Assembly (NCBI GenBank): GCA_905178155.1
Contig: CAJINV010000002.1
Location: forward strand, 11,200,634-11,264,633
Reading direction: 5' to 3'
Length of the DNA: 64,000 nt
Origin: Amoebophrya sp. A120
Taxonomy: Eukaryota > Protista > Dinoflagellata
The notes under the pieces are model-generated. The model saw only the letters and a list, made by a program, of their open reading frames with translations, searched no databases and had not been told where the DNA came from. Of the stretch, positions 27,442 to 39,400 are shown one piece after another (position 1 is the first letter of the stretch; the number at the start of each line of letters is the position of its first letter). The position numbers were made by a program, and so were the translations under genes.

Positions 27442-30400
27442 ATGTTTCCGCCAAATCATGTCGATGGATCCGCACCCGCCGGGTCTCTCACCAATCTGCT
27501 GCACCAGCATCCGCAGCAGCAGCTGCATCAGCACCCGCAGCAGCAGTTGCAGGCCCCGCAGCAGCAGTTGCAGGCCCCGCAGCAGCAGTTCTCGTCTGGT
27601 GTCAACGCCTCCGGGCAGGTGCAGGGTGTCCAACAGTTCGACATCTTCACCCCTTTCAGCCCGATCCGTCAGCCGAACTTCAACGATTATTCCTCCCTGG
27701 CTGATCGTGTTGCCCGCCTGGAGCAGGGTGCGGAGCTGAACACCCGCGCGGCGGAACGGGTCCGCGAGTTGGAGCAGTTGAGTGCGGAACTGAGTGGGCA
27801 GCTGGTTCATGTCGAACAAATCGCGAAGGAGGACCTCGAGCAGCAGCGTGATGATTTCGCTGCTGAACTGGACGAAGTCCGCCAGCGGGCTGACGACCTG
27901 GCCACGACCCTGGAACAGAAACAGGCCGAGGCTGAACAGAAACAGGCCGAGGCCAATAGCCTCGCGGAAAATCTGGACGCCGCTGCGGGCGCGTTGCAAA
28001 AGGAGACGGAACGAGCTACCGCCGCCGAGGCAGAGCTGCTCGCTGTCTATCGCGAATTGGAAAGGTTGCGACGCGAGAAGGAGGAGCGTGAGCACTACGA
28101 AGCGGATCACCGATCTCCCATTTCCGCCACCGGTGGCACCTTGATCCTGTCGCCTGGTGCATCCATCGCGCGCCCTCGGTCCGCTTACGGTGGAAGCGGT
28201 GAGATGGATCTTAATCTTTCGAGTTCATTTCTCAGCCATGCTCCGCCGCGATCTGCCCCCCCCGCACTTGGCAGCACCCCGGTCGCTCCAGTGGTGCCCG
28301 GATCTGTTGGCGATCATGGAAATCCGGTCGTTGCCGCGCCTGTAATCATGGGAACCTCTTCCGCCGGGGTGCAGTCCGCTGCTGCTCCCGTTCCGGGTCC
28401 TACCACGTCTTCTTCTCATGCACAGGTTGTTGGTGTCCCGAACCCCGCAGTTCAGGCGCATGCTTTCCGTCCCCCGACCTTCGTCGGTGTTACCGGGACG
28501 AGTGTTGCTGCGCCCGCCCTGGTCTGTCCGCCAGTCCCATCGGCCGTCGGAGCGTTTGCTGGTCCCGACCCTCCTGTGGGCTCGTCTGCCGATGCATCTG
28601 TTGTTGGTTCTGGACTTGCGAGTGGTCCAGCCCCCGTCGCCCCCATTGTCGGTGCTGTTGTTGCACCTCCGCCTGCTGACCCGCCTGGTGCTGTTGTTGC
28701 TGCACCTGCTGCCGCACACCGAGGGTACATCGCAGCTCCAACTCCGGCCGGAATACCAGTTGTCACGCCGCCGGCCCCTCGTCCAGCTCCCGCACCCGCC
28801 GCTGTTGCTGCTGACGATGTTGCTGTTCCTCCGACGGAGTTAACTGCCGAGACGAAGAAGTTGCTCCACCCTCGGACCCCAACTGCTGGAACCCGCACTG
28901 TCGCTGGCATCGTCTCAAGTATCAAGGACAACAAGAGGCTGGAAGAGGTGCAGAAAACGGTGCTGATCAACACGATCGAGGATTGTGCGAACTATGCCGC
29001 GACCTACTCCGCCCGTGCTTCAGCGTCGAGCGCCTGTCCTGTGGTGAGTAAGGTTTTTTCGAACGGCGCTGCCGCCCGTTTCCTCCGCGCCAACGGTTTC
29101 GCTACCAAGGCCAAGCCGCTCAACGAATCCGTCATCGATGACAATCTGCCCCTGGAGTGGCCCGAAGCCCAGCGGATCGAGTTTAAGATTGCGGAGTACA
29201 TCGCCCAGATCGGTGGCGTCGGCTCGGCCGGTATTTCCGCCCTGTTGCAGCAGCTGCAAGGTGTTAAGGTTCCCGCAGCTGTGAAGCCCTTGGAAGTTGC
29301 CGCGCCGACCCTTGTCTGCGACTCCAGCAGCTCGCAGAAGTCGATGCAGGAGGAGCTGGAAGCCATCTGGATTTTTTTCCGAAAGCATAACTTCGACCAC
29401 CACTGCTACGAAGCGATCGAGTGCAAGTCCGGCACGTCTCGGAGCGCGCTGGATGCGGTTGCCACTGTTTCCAACGAACTGCATCGATTTATCGCTTTCT
29501 ACCTCGAGATCGTCAAGGGGTGCCGCCACACCTATCCCGGAGTGCTGAGGGAAATCATGTCCGGCAGGTCGCTGGCAATCGCGTACGCCCACGAAAACAT
29601 CAGAGCAAGCCGCCTGATTTGGGCCGAGGCCCAGGAACGCATCATGGGTGAACTGGCCCGGGCCGAGTATGTCAACACGGATCCAGGTCGCCGCACCGAC
29701 TCAAAGGTTTATAAAGAAATAGTCTCTGCCTTTAGCATGAGCTTCCTGGAACAATACCTCCGACGGCTTGAGGAGGTCTACCGGTTTTCGGCTGATGAAA
29801 TCGCGGCCCTGTCGTTGTCGACTCTGATTGGGTATCTTAAGGAGGATGCTCGTCCAGGGTTAGAACTGGACCAAGCAAAGTTCTGGGCAGAGAAAACAGC
29901 CCCGAACAGCCGCGGCGCCTCCCGTAACCTCGCCGGTGTTGCTGAACCTGACGACCTCGACCTTGGTGCTGCGCTCGCAGCTGCCGACAAGCAAAACAAG
30001 TCTACCTTCGCGGAAGTAGTCCGGTCGGACACAAATGCCAAGGGCAAGGGTCGCGAGAAATGTAACTCGACAGGGCACGACGATAAAGATCATCGATGCT
30101 TTGTGTGCACCATCGCATTTGCGAACTTCACCTATTCGACCCCACCTAAGCAGATCGATTGTGAAGAATGTGGGTGCAGCCATGCCAGTATCAAGGTCCG
30201 ACGCAAAAGCGGAGCACAGGAGTGGCTCTGTCCGGACAAGATCGCGAGATGGAGAAGAGAAGGAGGCGCCAGAATGCCCGCCGGGCGCTGTACCAGCACC
30301 GGGAAAAAGAACCAACTCAACTCACTTTACAAAAAATGCATAATGTCCCTCGCCGATCAGAGCTGGACCTACGACGACGTCTTTGGCGAAGCAAGTCAAG

Positions 30401-33400
30401 TAAGTGGCGTGCCGGAAGTCATGCAGGAAGCGGGATTAATGGAATGGTGTCAGGCGGAAATCCGGCCGCGTTGGAAGGCTGGGAAACTTCCGGAGCTGGC
30501 TAAACGACTGACAAGCATGGTAGAAGCTGCGGGCGGAGTCGAGGCCTACTGCCAGAACTTCAAGACGGCCCGCGTAGGCGCTTCGACCACTGTGACCCCT
30601 GTCGTTCCGCGCCCAGCTGTTCCCGCTGCGACTTCGTCGACCATTCTTTCTCCTTTCAACATCAGCAGGATGCGAGTCCCTTACGAGCTGGATGATCATG
30701 ATTTTGAATACCCTGCGCCCCGGCCCAGCGCGGCCGGCGCTGAGGACCTTCCTTCCGCGGCGATCGACGTCAACTCCGATGGTGCTACCCTCCGTCTTTC
30801 TGGCGCCGACCTGATCACGAGCGAAGAACATGTCGAGTTTTCTCCTGAAGACAAGCACTGGTGTGCGAGTTCGCAAAACCGCATGGAACTGCTTGCGCTT
30901 TCCGCGTTCTACCATTCGGGATCCAGCATCGGAAGCTTCGCCGGAACTATCGACATCAATGCTGCCCTCCCATCGGAACAGGTCGGGAAACAGGGCGAGG
31001 AAGAAACTGCGACCGGCGATGACGAGTGCGAACCCCCGACGAAGAAGTTGAAACCCGATGAGACTGCGGAGGCTCCGATCGAAAGAGAGGCATACCAGTG
31101 GGGTTTTGCTTCCGAAGACGATCGCGATGAGTTCCTGCATTCGGTTATTCAAGCGGACCACTGGCGGCAGGATTCGGACCGCGGATGGATCAACGTTATC
31201 CCGGTCGGCAAGACCGGGAACAGCATGGCAGATTATTTCTTCATCCACCTCCCGCACGCCGACAGCAACCCGATCGCGTTTGGCCCTGTTTGGTACAATA
31301 AGTTTTTGTCCGACCTAGCATCGGCCCACCCATGGCTGTCCGTTTCTCTCGAGGGTCCCGCTACGAAGGACGCCGCTGCCGCCGTGGAAGCTGCTGCGGC
31401 CGCTGCTGTCGCCGATTTGCATTCGACGTCCGCCCTGCGTGCCATCCATTCTGTTGCCGCCCCGTGCCCGGACGACTATCGTGCAAGAAAGGGACCAGCG
31501 CCTACGGCCCCGCTTCTGACACCCGGAGGAGGAGCGACGGAGCGTGACCCGCTTAGCAACCGCATTGCGTGTGGAATAAAGCTCCCGAACAACATGGGGA
31601 CCCAGATCGTTTCGATGTTGCCGGACTCCGGAAACGGCGCCGGCCGCTGGCTCTACGGAAACTCTTTAGGAAATCGGCAGTGGTTCGAGTCTCGCAACTT
31701 CGAGATCAAGCGGAATCCGAACAAGAAGGAGATGACCGGCTTCGGGACGCCCGCCGCTGGTGTTTTCAACGACGACTGCCGCTACGTAGAAATCGATGCT
31801 GTTTTTTTCGGATGGAACGCGGCTGGCAAGTGGCACGGCCCGGAAGAAAATATTACCGTCGCGCCGAGTGTCGCGCCGCACTGTTTCCGCCGGCGGTTTC
31901 CGACTTCTCTCCTCGATATGTCCAAAGGTGCAAGTATGCAGCTCGACAAACCGGCCGGAGATTCCGAGTTGAAGGCCGCTGTCGTCCAGGCAAAATTCCT
32001 GATCCTGCTGGTCGACTGGACCTACGAAGATGATGTTTGGATCGCGGGAATGGCCGATCTATCGCGACTGGGATTCCAGATGAACGACCCGAAGAGCTTG
32101 TGCGATCTCTATGGCTGCTACTCCTTTACCCGGACTACGCTCGGAGAACCTTTGATGGTACCACGCTGCCCGCACTGGATTAACAACGAGCGGACCCCGA
32201 AGACGAAGATGATCGCCGCTCCGCCCGGTCTTGGCCCCGATCCTGCTACCACCAGCTCCGGCCCGGAGGGTAACATCGCTGACCACCAGTCTGCCACCGC
32301 GAAATCCGTCACATGGGGAACGGTCGAAGAAAATTTTATCAGGATGACCAGGATGCAGAACTTCGAGGAGGGAAAGAACGTCAAGCGACTGTCGCAGTAC
32401 TCTTTTGTCGAAACAGGGTGCAGCGACGAAGATGAGAAGCCAAAGATCCCGACTTTCCGATCCTCCATGGTCAGCGCCGAACATGAAGAGCTTTGGAACT
32501 GGGTGCAGGATGTGGAAACCTCCGACGGCCTGAGAAATCCGAAGCTGGAGACCGACCCTATTAGTGGATGGCTCCAGTATGTTCTGGTCGTGCAGCTCGT
32601 GGGCCTCATCGTCGCTGGGGTTCTTCGCTTCAGCAACTGGGTGGGTGGACCATACTCCTGGCTCGACACCATGAAGCATGGCTCTTGGCTTTGCCTTGAT
32701 CATGCCAAGGGATTTTTGCAGTTCCTCCTACATGAAATGTTGAAAGGATTCTTGGCCCTAGGGTATGGGAATAAAGTTTTTTCCCCCCTCCGCATGTTTT
32801 TGGGGCTCATCTTTGCCCCCGCTTTATACTCGATGTGGGTGGCTCTTGTGTTTGGTTCGCTGACGGATCCGGCGCTTCAGGCGGCCCAGCTGGACACCAT
32901 CACACAGATGAGCAGCCACCAAGCGGCCGCCGACTTGCAGGACCAGCATGGCACCGCTTCAACAGCCTGCACCTATCGAGACTATTGCAGCCACGACACC
33001 AGTACCGAAGACGACCTAATCGCCTCCCTGATCAGTGGCCAACCCTCCGGATCGAGATACTCCGTGCCCTACATGGACGATTGCAACAGCCGGGCCGACT
33101 CACCTGCTGCCCTTCTGATTCGACTCGCGCAGCACTTGGTCCGGGCCTGCGTTTCCGGCTTCAAGTTTTCCCTGTCGAAAATCCTGGTGAAGGCGAAGGT
33201 CTACATCCTAGGCTGGGAGCTGTGCTACAAGACCCGCGGCCGGCGCCCGGATCCAGAGAAGGTCGCCGCTTTCGATGCCCTGCCGATGCCAAGAAGCGTG
33301 AAGGAACTGAAGTCGTTCGTTTGTGTTGCCAACTACATGTCGAACGCCGTCCGCAATTGGCCCGAGATTCTGGACCACTTCTCTAAGTACCTACTGGGGA

Positions 33401-36400
33401 AGATCCCTATTACCAAGCTGGCAGCCGACGAAACAGCAAAGAAGTACTTCGAGTCCTGTAAGGCAGAGCTGCGAAAGGCGGTGCTGCTATCGGAGCTTGA
33501 TGAACTCGCCGCCGTCAACTGGAAAACGACCGGCGGGATTCCACGTTTCGGGATCGACAGCTGCCGCCCGGGGATGTCTGTCTTCGGTATCCAGCGGCAG
33601 CGCGGCCGGGACGCGATTATCTTTGCAGGCCACAAGAGATTTTCCGAAGAGGAACAAGAGCGAAACGCAAACTCGTCAGGTCGAATGGAATTGCTGGGCC
33701 TGCTCCACTTTGTCCGGGAAATCTTACCAAAGATTCCGCTTTCGGTGCCCTTTATCCTTTTCTTCGATTGCAGCTCCACCGGTATCCGGGAGCTGATCAC
33801 GTCTTCCCAGGATGTCAGGACGGAACGGTCCCTGTCGTCAATGGCTTCGGAAATCCATTCCGCGCTGTCCGGCCGCCTCTGTTACCGGGTGCACCGCGTT
33901 GGGTCGTCCAGTAACCTCGAAGACATTGGATCCCGATCCGGCACGGAAGCGAAGCCCGATGGCGTCGAGTCGAACCACGAAGAATGGAAGGAGAAAGTCA
34001 AGGACCTGTTTCAGCGGTTTGAAGGCGCCCCGATCCCGGAGGACCCGGACCTGGAGGAAATACTTTTGCTAGCCAGCCTGCCACCGGCGGATCCGTCTTC
34101 CGACGCCGAGTATTGGACCGTGGACCCATCGGTATTGGAGCCCTTCGTGCCGTCGGAGCATGTCGTCCGCATCGACTGTAGCACCCTGTTTCCGCTACCA
34201 CAAGCGGTCTCGGTCGACATTTCGTTTGCGCCGATGGTATCGATCCCCGGCGCCCCGATAACTGCGACGCCCGCGGAACTCGAGGAAGGGGTCCGGTTTG
34301 AAGTTACCCTACTGGAAAAACATAAAAAAACTGTCAAGCCCCGCGTGGTCCTTCGCGACGTCGTTTCGGGGGAGCAGATCAAGCATGCGCGCTGTCGGCT
34401 CCATCAGGTCGGTCCTGCACCCAACCAAGAGAAACAGGTCGCAGATCCGGGCCCCGATACGAAGGTCAGAAACGCGATCAGTGGAAACGCGACCCAGGAA
34501 CAGATCGACGCGGAGATTACCAAGCGAAAGGAGGCCGCACAGGAAAAGCTGTCAGACCGCGACTTCCACCAACTGATCTGCAATACGCTCCTGAATACGC
34601 TCCCCGCCGAGATGCCGTTCGAGCTGCGCTGCTGCTTCGTCAAAATCTGTTGTGTCCTCCGCGCCGCCCTGTGGGCCCCGGGCCAGCCTTTCCCGACGGT
34701 CCGAATCGCGAAAGCATTCCACCCGATCAACCCGCGGGCCTCCGCCGGTGTCTCGCGGCGTTTCAGCCTGCCTGGCGTGCTGGATCACATCATGAGGTTC
34801 CTGATCGAGGAAGCCATGTCCGAGGGGTTTATCGAGCCCTGGTTTAAGAAGGCCGCCCAGACCGGGGCCCCGTCACTTATATCCAGTATGTTCCTGGCAA
34901 AACGGAAAAAGTCGCTACTGGGGCGGATTGTGGTGGACTGCGTCGGAGTAAATAGACTCTTCGAGGCTGTAACGTGGCCCATCAACTGGNNNNNNNNNNN
35001 NNNNNNNNNNNNNNNNNNNNNNNNNNNNNNNNNNNNNNNNNNNNNNNNNNNNNNNNNNNNNNNNNNNNNNNNNNNNNNNNNNNNNNNNNCCGACGGCTTG
35101 AGGAGGTCTACCGGTTTTCGGCTGATGAAATCGCGGCCCTGTCGTTGTCGACTCTGATTGGGTATCTTAAGGAGGATGCTCGTCCAGGGTTAGAACTGGA
35201 CCAAGCAAAGTTCTGGGCAGAGAAAACAGCCCCGAACAGCCGCGGCGCCTCCCGTAACCTCGCCGGTGTTGCTGAACCTGACGACCTCGACCTTGGTGCT
35301 GCGCTCGCAGCTGCCGACAAGCAAAACAAGTCTACCTTCGCGGAAGTAGTCCGGTCGGACACAAATGCCAAGGGCAAGGGTCGCGAGAAATGTAACTCGA
35401 CAGGGCACGACGATAAAGATCATCGATGCTTTGTGTGCACCATCGCATTTGCGAACTTCACCTATTCGACCCCACCTAAGCAGATCGATTGTGAAGAATG
35501 TGGGTGCAGCCATGCCAGTATCAAGGTCCGACGCAAAAGCGGAGCACAGGAGTGGCTCTGTCCGGACAAGATCGCGAGATGGAGAAGAGAAGGAGGCGCC
35601 AGAATGCCCGCCGGGCGCTGTACCAGCACCGGGAAAAAGAACCAACTCAACTCACTTTACAAAAAATGCATAATGTCCCTCGCCGATCAGAGCTGGACCT
35701 ACGACGACGTCTTTGGCGAAGCAAGTCAAGTAAGTGGCGTGCCGGAAGTCATGCAGGAAGCGGGATTAATGGAATGGTGTCAGGCGGAAATCCGGCCGCG
35801 TTGGAAGGCTGGGAAACTTCCGGAGCTGGCTAAACGACTGACAAGCATGGTAGAAGCTGCGGGCGGAGTCGAGGCCTACTGCCAGAACTTCAAGACGGCC
35901 CGCGTAGGCGCTTCGACCACTGTGACCCCTGTCGTTCCGCGCCCAGCTGTTCCCGCTGCGACTTCGTCGACCATTCTTTCTCCTTTCAACATCAGCAGGA
36001 TGCGAGTCCCTTACGAGCTGGATGATCATGATTTTGAATACCCTGCGCCCCGGCCCAGCGCGGCCGGCGCTGAGGACCTTCCTTCCGCGGCGATCGACGT
36101 CAACTCCGATGGTGCTACCCTCCGTCTTTCTGGCGCCGACCTGATCACGAGCGAAGAACATGTCGAGTTTTCTCCTGAAGACAAGCACTGGTGTGCGAGT
36201 TCGCAAAACCGCATGGAACTGCTTGCGCTTTCCGCGTTCTACCATTCGGGATCCAGCATCGGAAGCTTCGCCGGAACTATCGACATCAATGCTGCCCTCC
36301 CATCGGAACAGGTCGGGAAACAGGGCGAGGAAGAAACTGCGACCGGCGATGACGAGTGCGAACCCCCGACGAAGAAGTTGAAACCCGATGAGACTGCGGA

Positions 36401-39400
36401 GGCTCCGATCGAAAGAGAGGCATACCAGTGGGGTTTTGCTTCCGAAGACGATCGCGATGAGTTCCTGCATTCGGTTATTCAAGCGGACCACTGGCGGCAG
36501 GATTCGGACCGCGGATGGATCAACGTTATCCCGGTCGGCAAGACCGGGAACAGCATGGCAGATTATTTCTTCATCCACCTCCCGCACGCCGACAGCAACC
36601 CGATCGCGTTTGGCCCTGTTTGGTACAATAAGTTTTTGTCCGACCTAGCATCGGCCCACCCATGGCTGTCCGTTTCTCTCGAGGGTCCCGCTACGAAGGA
36701 CGCCGCTGCCGCCGTGGAAGCTGCTGCGGCCGCTGCTGTCGCCGATTTGCATTCGACGTCCGCCCTGCGTGCCATCCATTCTGTTGCCGCCCCGTGCCCG
36801 GACGACTATCGTGCAAGAAAGGGACCAGCGCCTACGGCCCCGCTTCTGACACCCGGAGGAGGAGCGACGGAGCGTGACCCGCTTAGCAACCGCATTGCGT
36901 GTGGAATAAAGCTCCCGAACAACATGGGGACCCAGATCGTTTCGATGTTGCCGGACTCCGGAAACGGCGCCGGCCGCTGGCTCTACGGAAACTCTTTAGG
37001 AAATCGGCAGTGGTTCGAGTCTCGCAACTTCGAGATCAAGCGGAATCCGAACAAGAAGGAGATGACCGGCTTCGGGACGCCCGCCGCTGGTGTTTTCAAC
37101 GACGACTGCCGCTACGTAGAAATCGATGCTGTTTTTTTCGGATGGAACGCGGCTGGCAAGTGGCACGGCCCGGAAGAAAATATTACCGTCGCGCCGAGTG
37201 TCGCGCCGCACTGTTTCCGCCGGCGGTTTCCGACTTCTCTCCTCGATATGTCCAAAGGTGCAAGTATGCAGCTCGACAAACCGGCCGGAGATTCCGAGTT
37301 GAAGGCCGCTGTCGTCCAGGCAAAATTCCTGATCCTGCTGGTCGACTGGACCTACGAAGATGATGTTTGGATCGCGGGAATGGCCGATCTATCGCGACTG
37401 GGATTCCAGATGAACGACCCGAAGAGCTTGTGCGATCTCTATGGCTGCTACTCCTTTACCCGGACTACGCTCGGAGAACCTTTGATGGTACCACGCTGCC
37501 CGCACTGGATTAACAACGAGCGGACCCCGAAGACGAAGATGATCGCCGCTCCGCCCGGTCTTGGCCCCGATCCTGCTACCACCAGCTCCGGCCCGGAGGG
37601 TAACATCGCTGACCACCAGTCTGCCACCGCGAAATCCGTCACATGGGGAACGGTCGAAGAAAATTTTATCAGGATGACCAGGATGCAGAACTTCGAGGAG
37701 GGAAAGAACGTCAAGCGACTGTCGCAGTACTCTTTTGTCGAAACAGGGTGCAGCGACGAAGATGAGAAGCCAAAGATCCCGACTTTCCGATCCTCCATGG
37801 TCAGCGCCGAACATGAAGAGCTTTGGAACTGGGTGCAGGATGTGGAAACCTCCGACGGCCTGAGAAATCCGAAGCTGGAGACCGACCCTATTAGTGGATG
37901 GCTCCAGTATGTTCTGGTCGTGCAGCTCGTGGGCCTCATCGTCGCTGGGGTTCTTCGCTTCAGCAACTGGGTGGGTGGACCATACTCCTGGCTCGACACC
38001 ATGAAGCATGGCTCTTGGCTTTGCCTTGATCATGCCAAGGGATTTTTGCAGTTCCTCCTACATGAAATGTTGAAAGGATTCTTGGCCCTAGGGTATGGGA
38101 ATAAAGTTTTTTCCCCCCTCCGCATGTTTTTGGGGCTCATCTTTGCCCCCGCTTTATACTCGATGTGGGTGGCTCTTGTGTTTGGTTCGCTGACGGATCC
38201 GGCGCTTCAGGCGGCCCAGCTGGACACCATCACACAGATGAGCAGCCACCAAGCGGCCGCCGACTTGCAGGACCAGCATGGCACCGCTTCAACAGCCTGC
38301 ACCTATCGAGACTATTGCAGCCACGACACCAGTACCGAAGACGACCTAATCGCCTCCCTGATCAGTGGCCAACCCTCCGGATCGAGATACTCCGTGCCCT
38401 ACATGGACGATTGCAACAGCCGGGCCGACTCACCTGCTGCCCTTCTGATTCGACTCGCGCAGCACTTGGTCCGGGCCTGCGTTTCCGGCTTCAAGTTTTC
38501 CCTGTCGAAAATCCTGGTGAAGGCGAAGGTCTACATCCTAGGCTGGGAGCTGTGCTACAAGACCCGCGGCCGGCGCCCGGATCCAGAGAAGGTCGCCGCT
38601 TTCGATGCCCTGCCGATGCCAAGAAGCGTGAAGGAACTGAAGTCGTTCGTTTGTGTTGCCAACTACATGTCGAACGCCGTCCGCAATTGGCCCGAGATTC
38701 TGGACCACTTCTCTAAGTACCTACTGGGGAAGATCCCTATTACCAAGCTGGCAGCCGACGAAACAGCAAAGAAGTACTTCGAGTCCTGTAAGGCAGAGCT
38801 GCGAAAGGCGGTGCTGCTATCGGAGCTTGATGAACTCGCCGCCGTCAACTGGAAAACGACCGGCGGGATTCCACGTTTCGGGATCGACAGCTGCCGCCCG
38901 GGGATGTCTGTCTTCGGTATCCAGCGGCAGCGCGGCCGGGACGCGATTATCTTTGCAGGCCACAAGAGATTTTCCGAAGAGGAACAAGAGCGAAACGCAA
39001 ACTCGTCAGGTCGAATGGAATTGCTGGGCCTGCTCCACTTTGTCCGGGAAATCTTACCAAAGATTCCGCTTTCGGTGCCCTTTATCCTTTTCTTCGATTG
39101 CAGCTCCACCGGTATCCGGGAGCTGATCACGTCTTCCCAGGATGTCAGGACGGAACGGTCCCTGTCGTCAATGGCTTCGGAAATCCATTCCGCGCTGTCC
39201 GGCCGCCTCTGTTACCGGGTGCACCGCGTTGGGTCGTCCAGTAACCTCGAAGACATTGGATCCCGATCCGGCACGGAAGCGAAGCCCGATGGCGTCGAGT
39301 CGAACCACGAAGAATGGAAGGAGAAAGTCAAGGACCTGTTTCAGCGGTTTGAAGGCGCCCCGATCCCGGAGGACCCGGACCTGGAGGAAATACTTTTGCT

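Noticed and set aside
32570-32860. Transmembrane or Env-like segment in the polyprotein
   Set aside because: Most of this hydrophobic stretch is RT motifs A and B. Only YVLVVQLVGLIVAGVL remains, which is too little to call an envelope domain.
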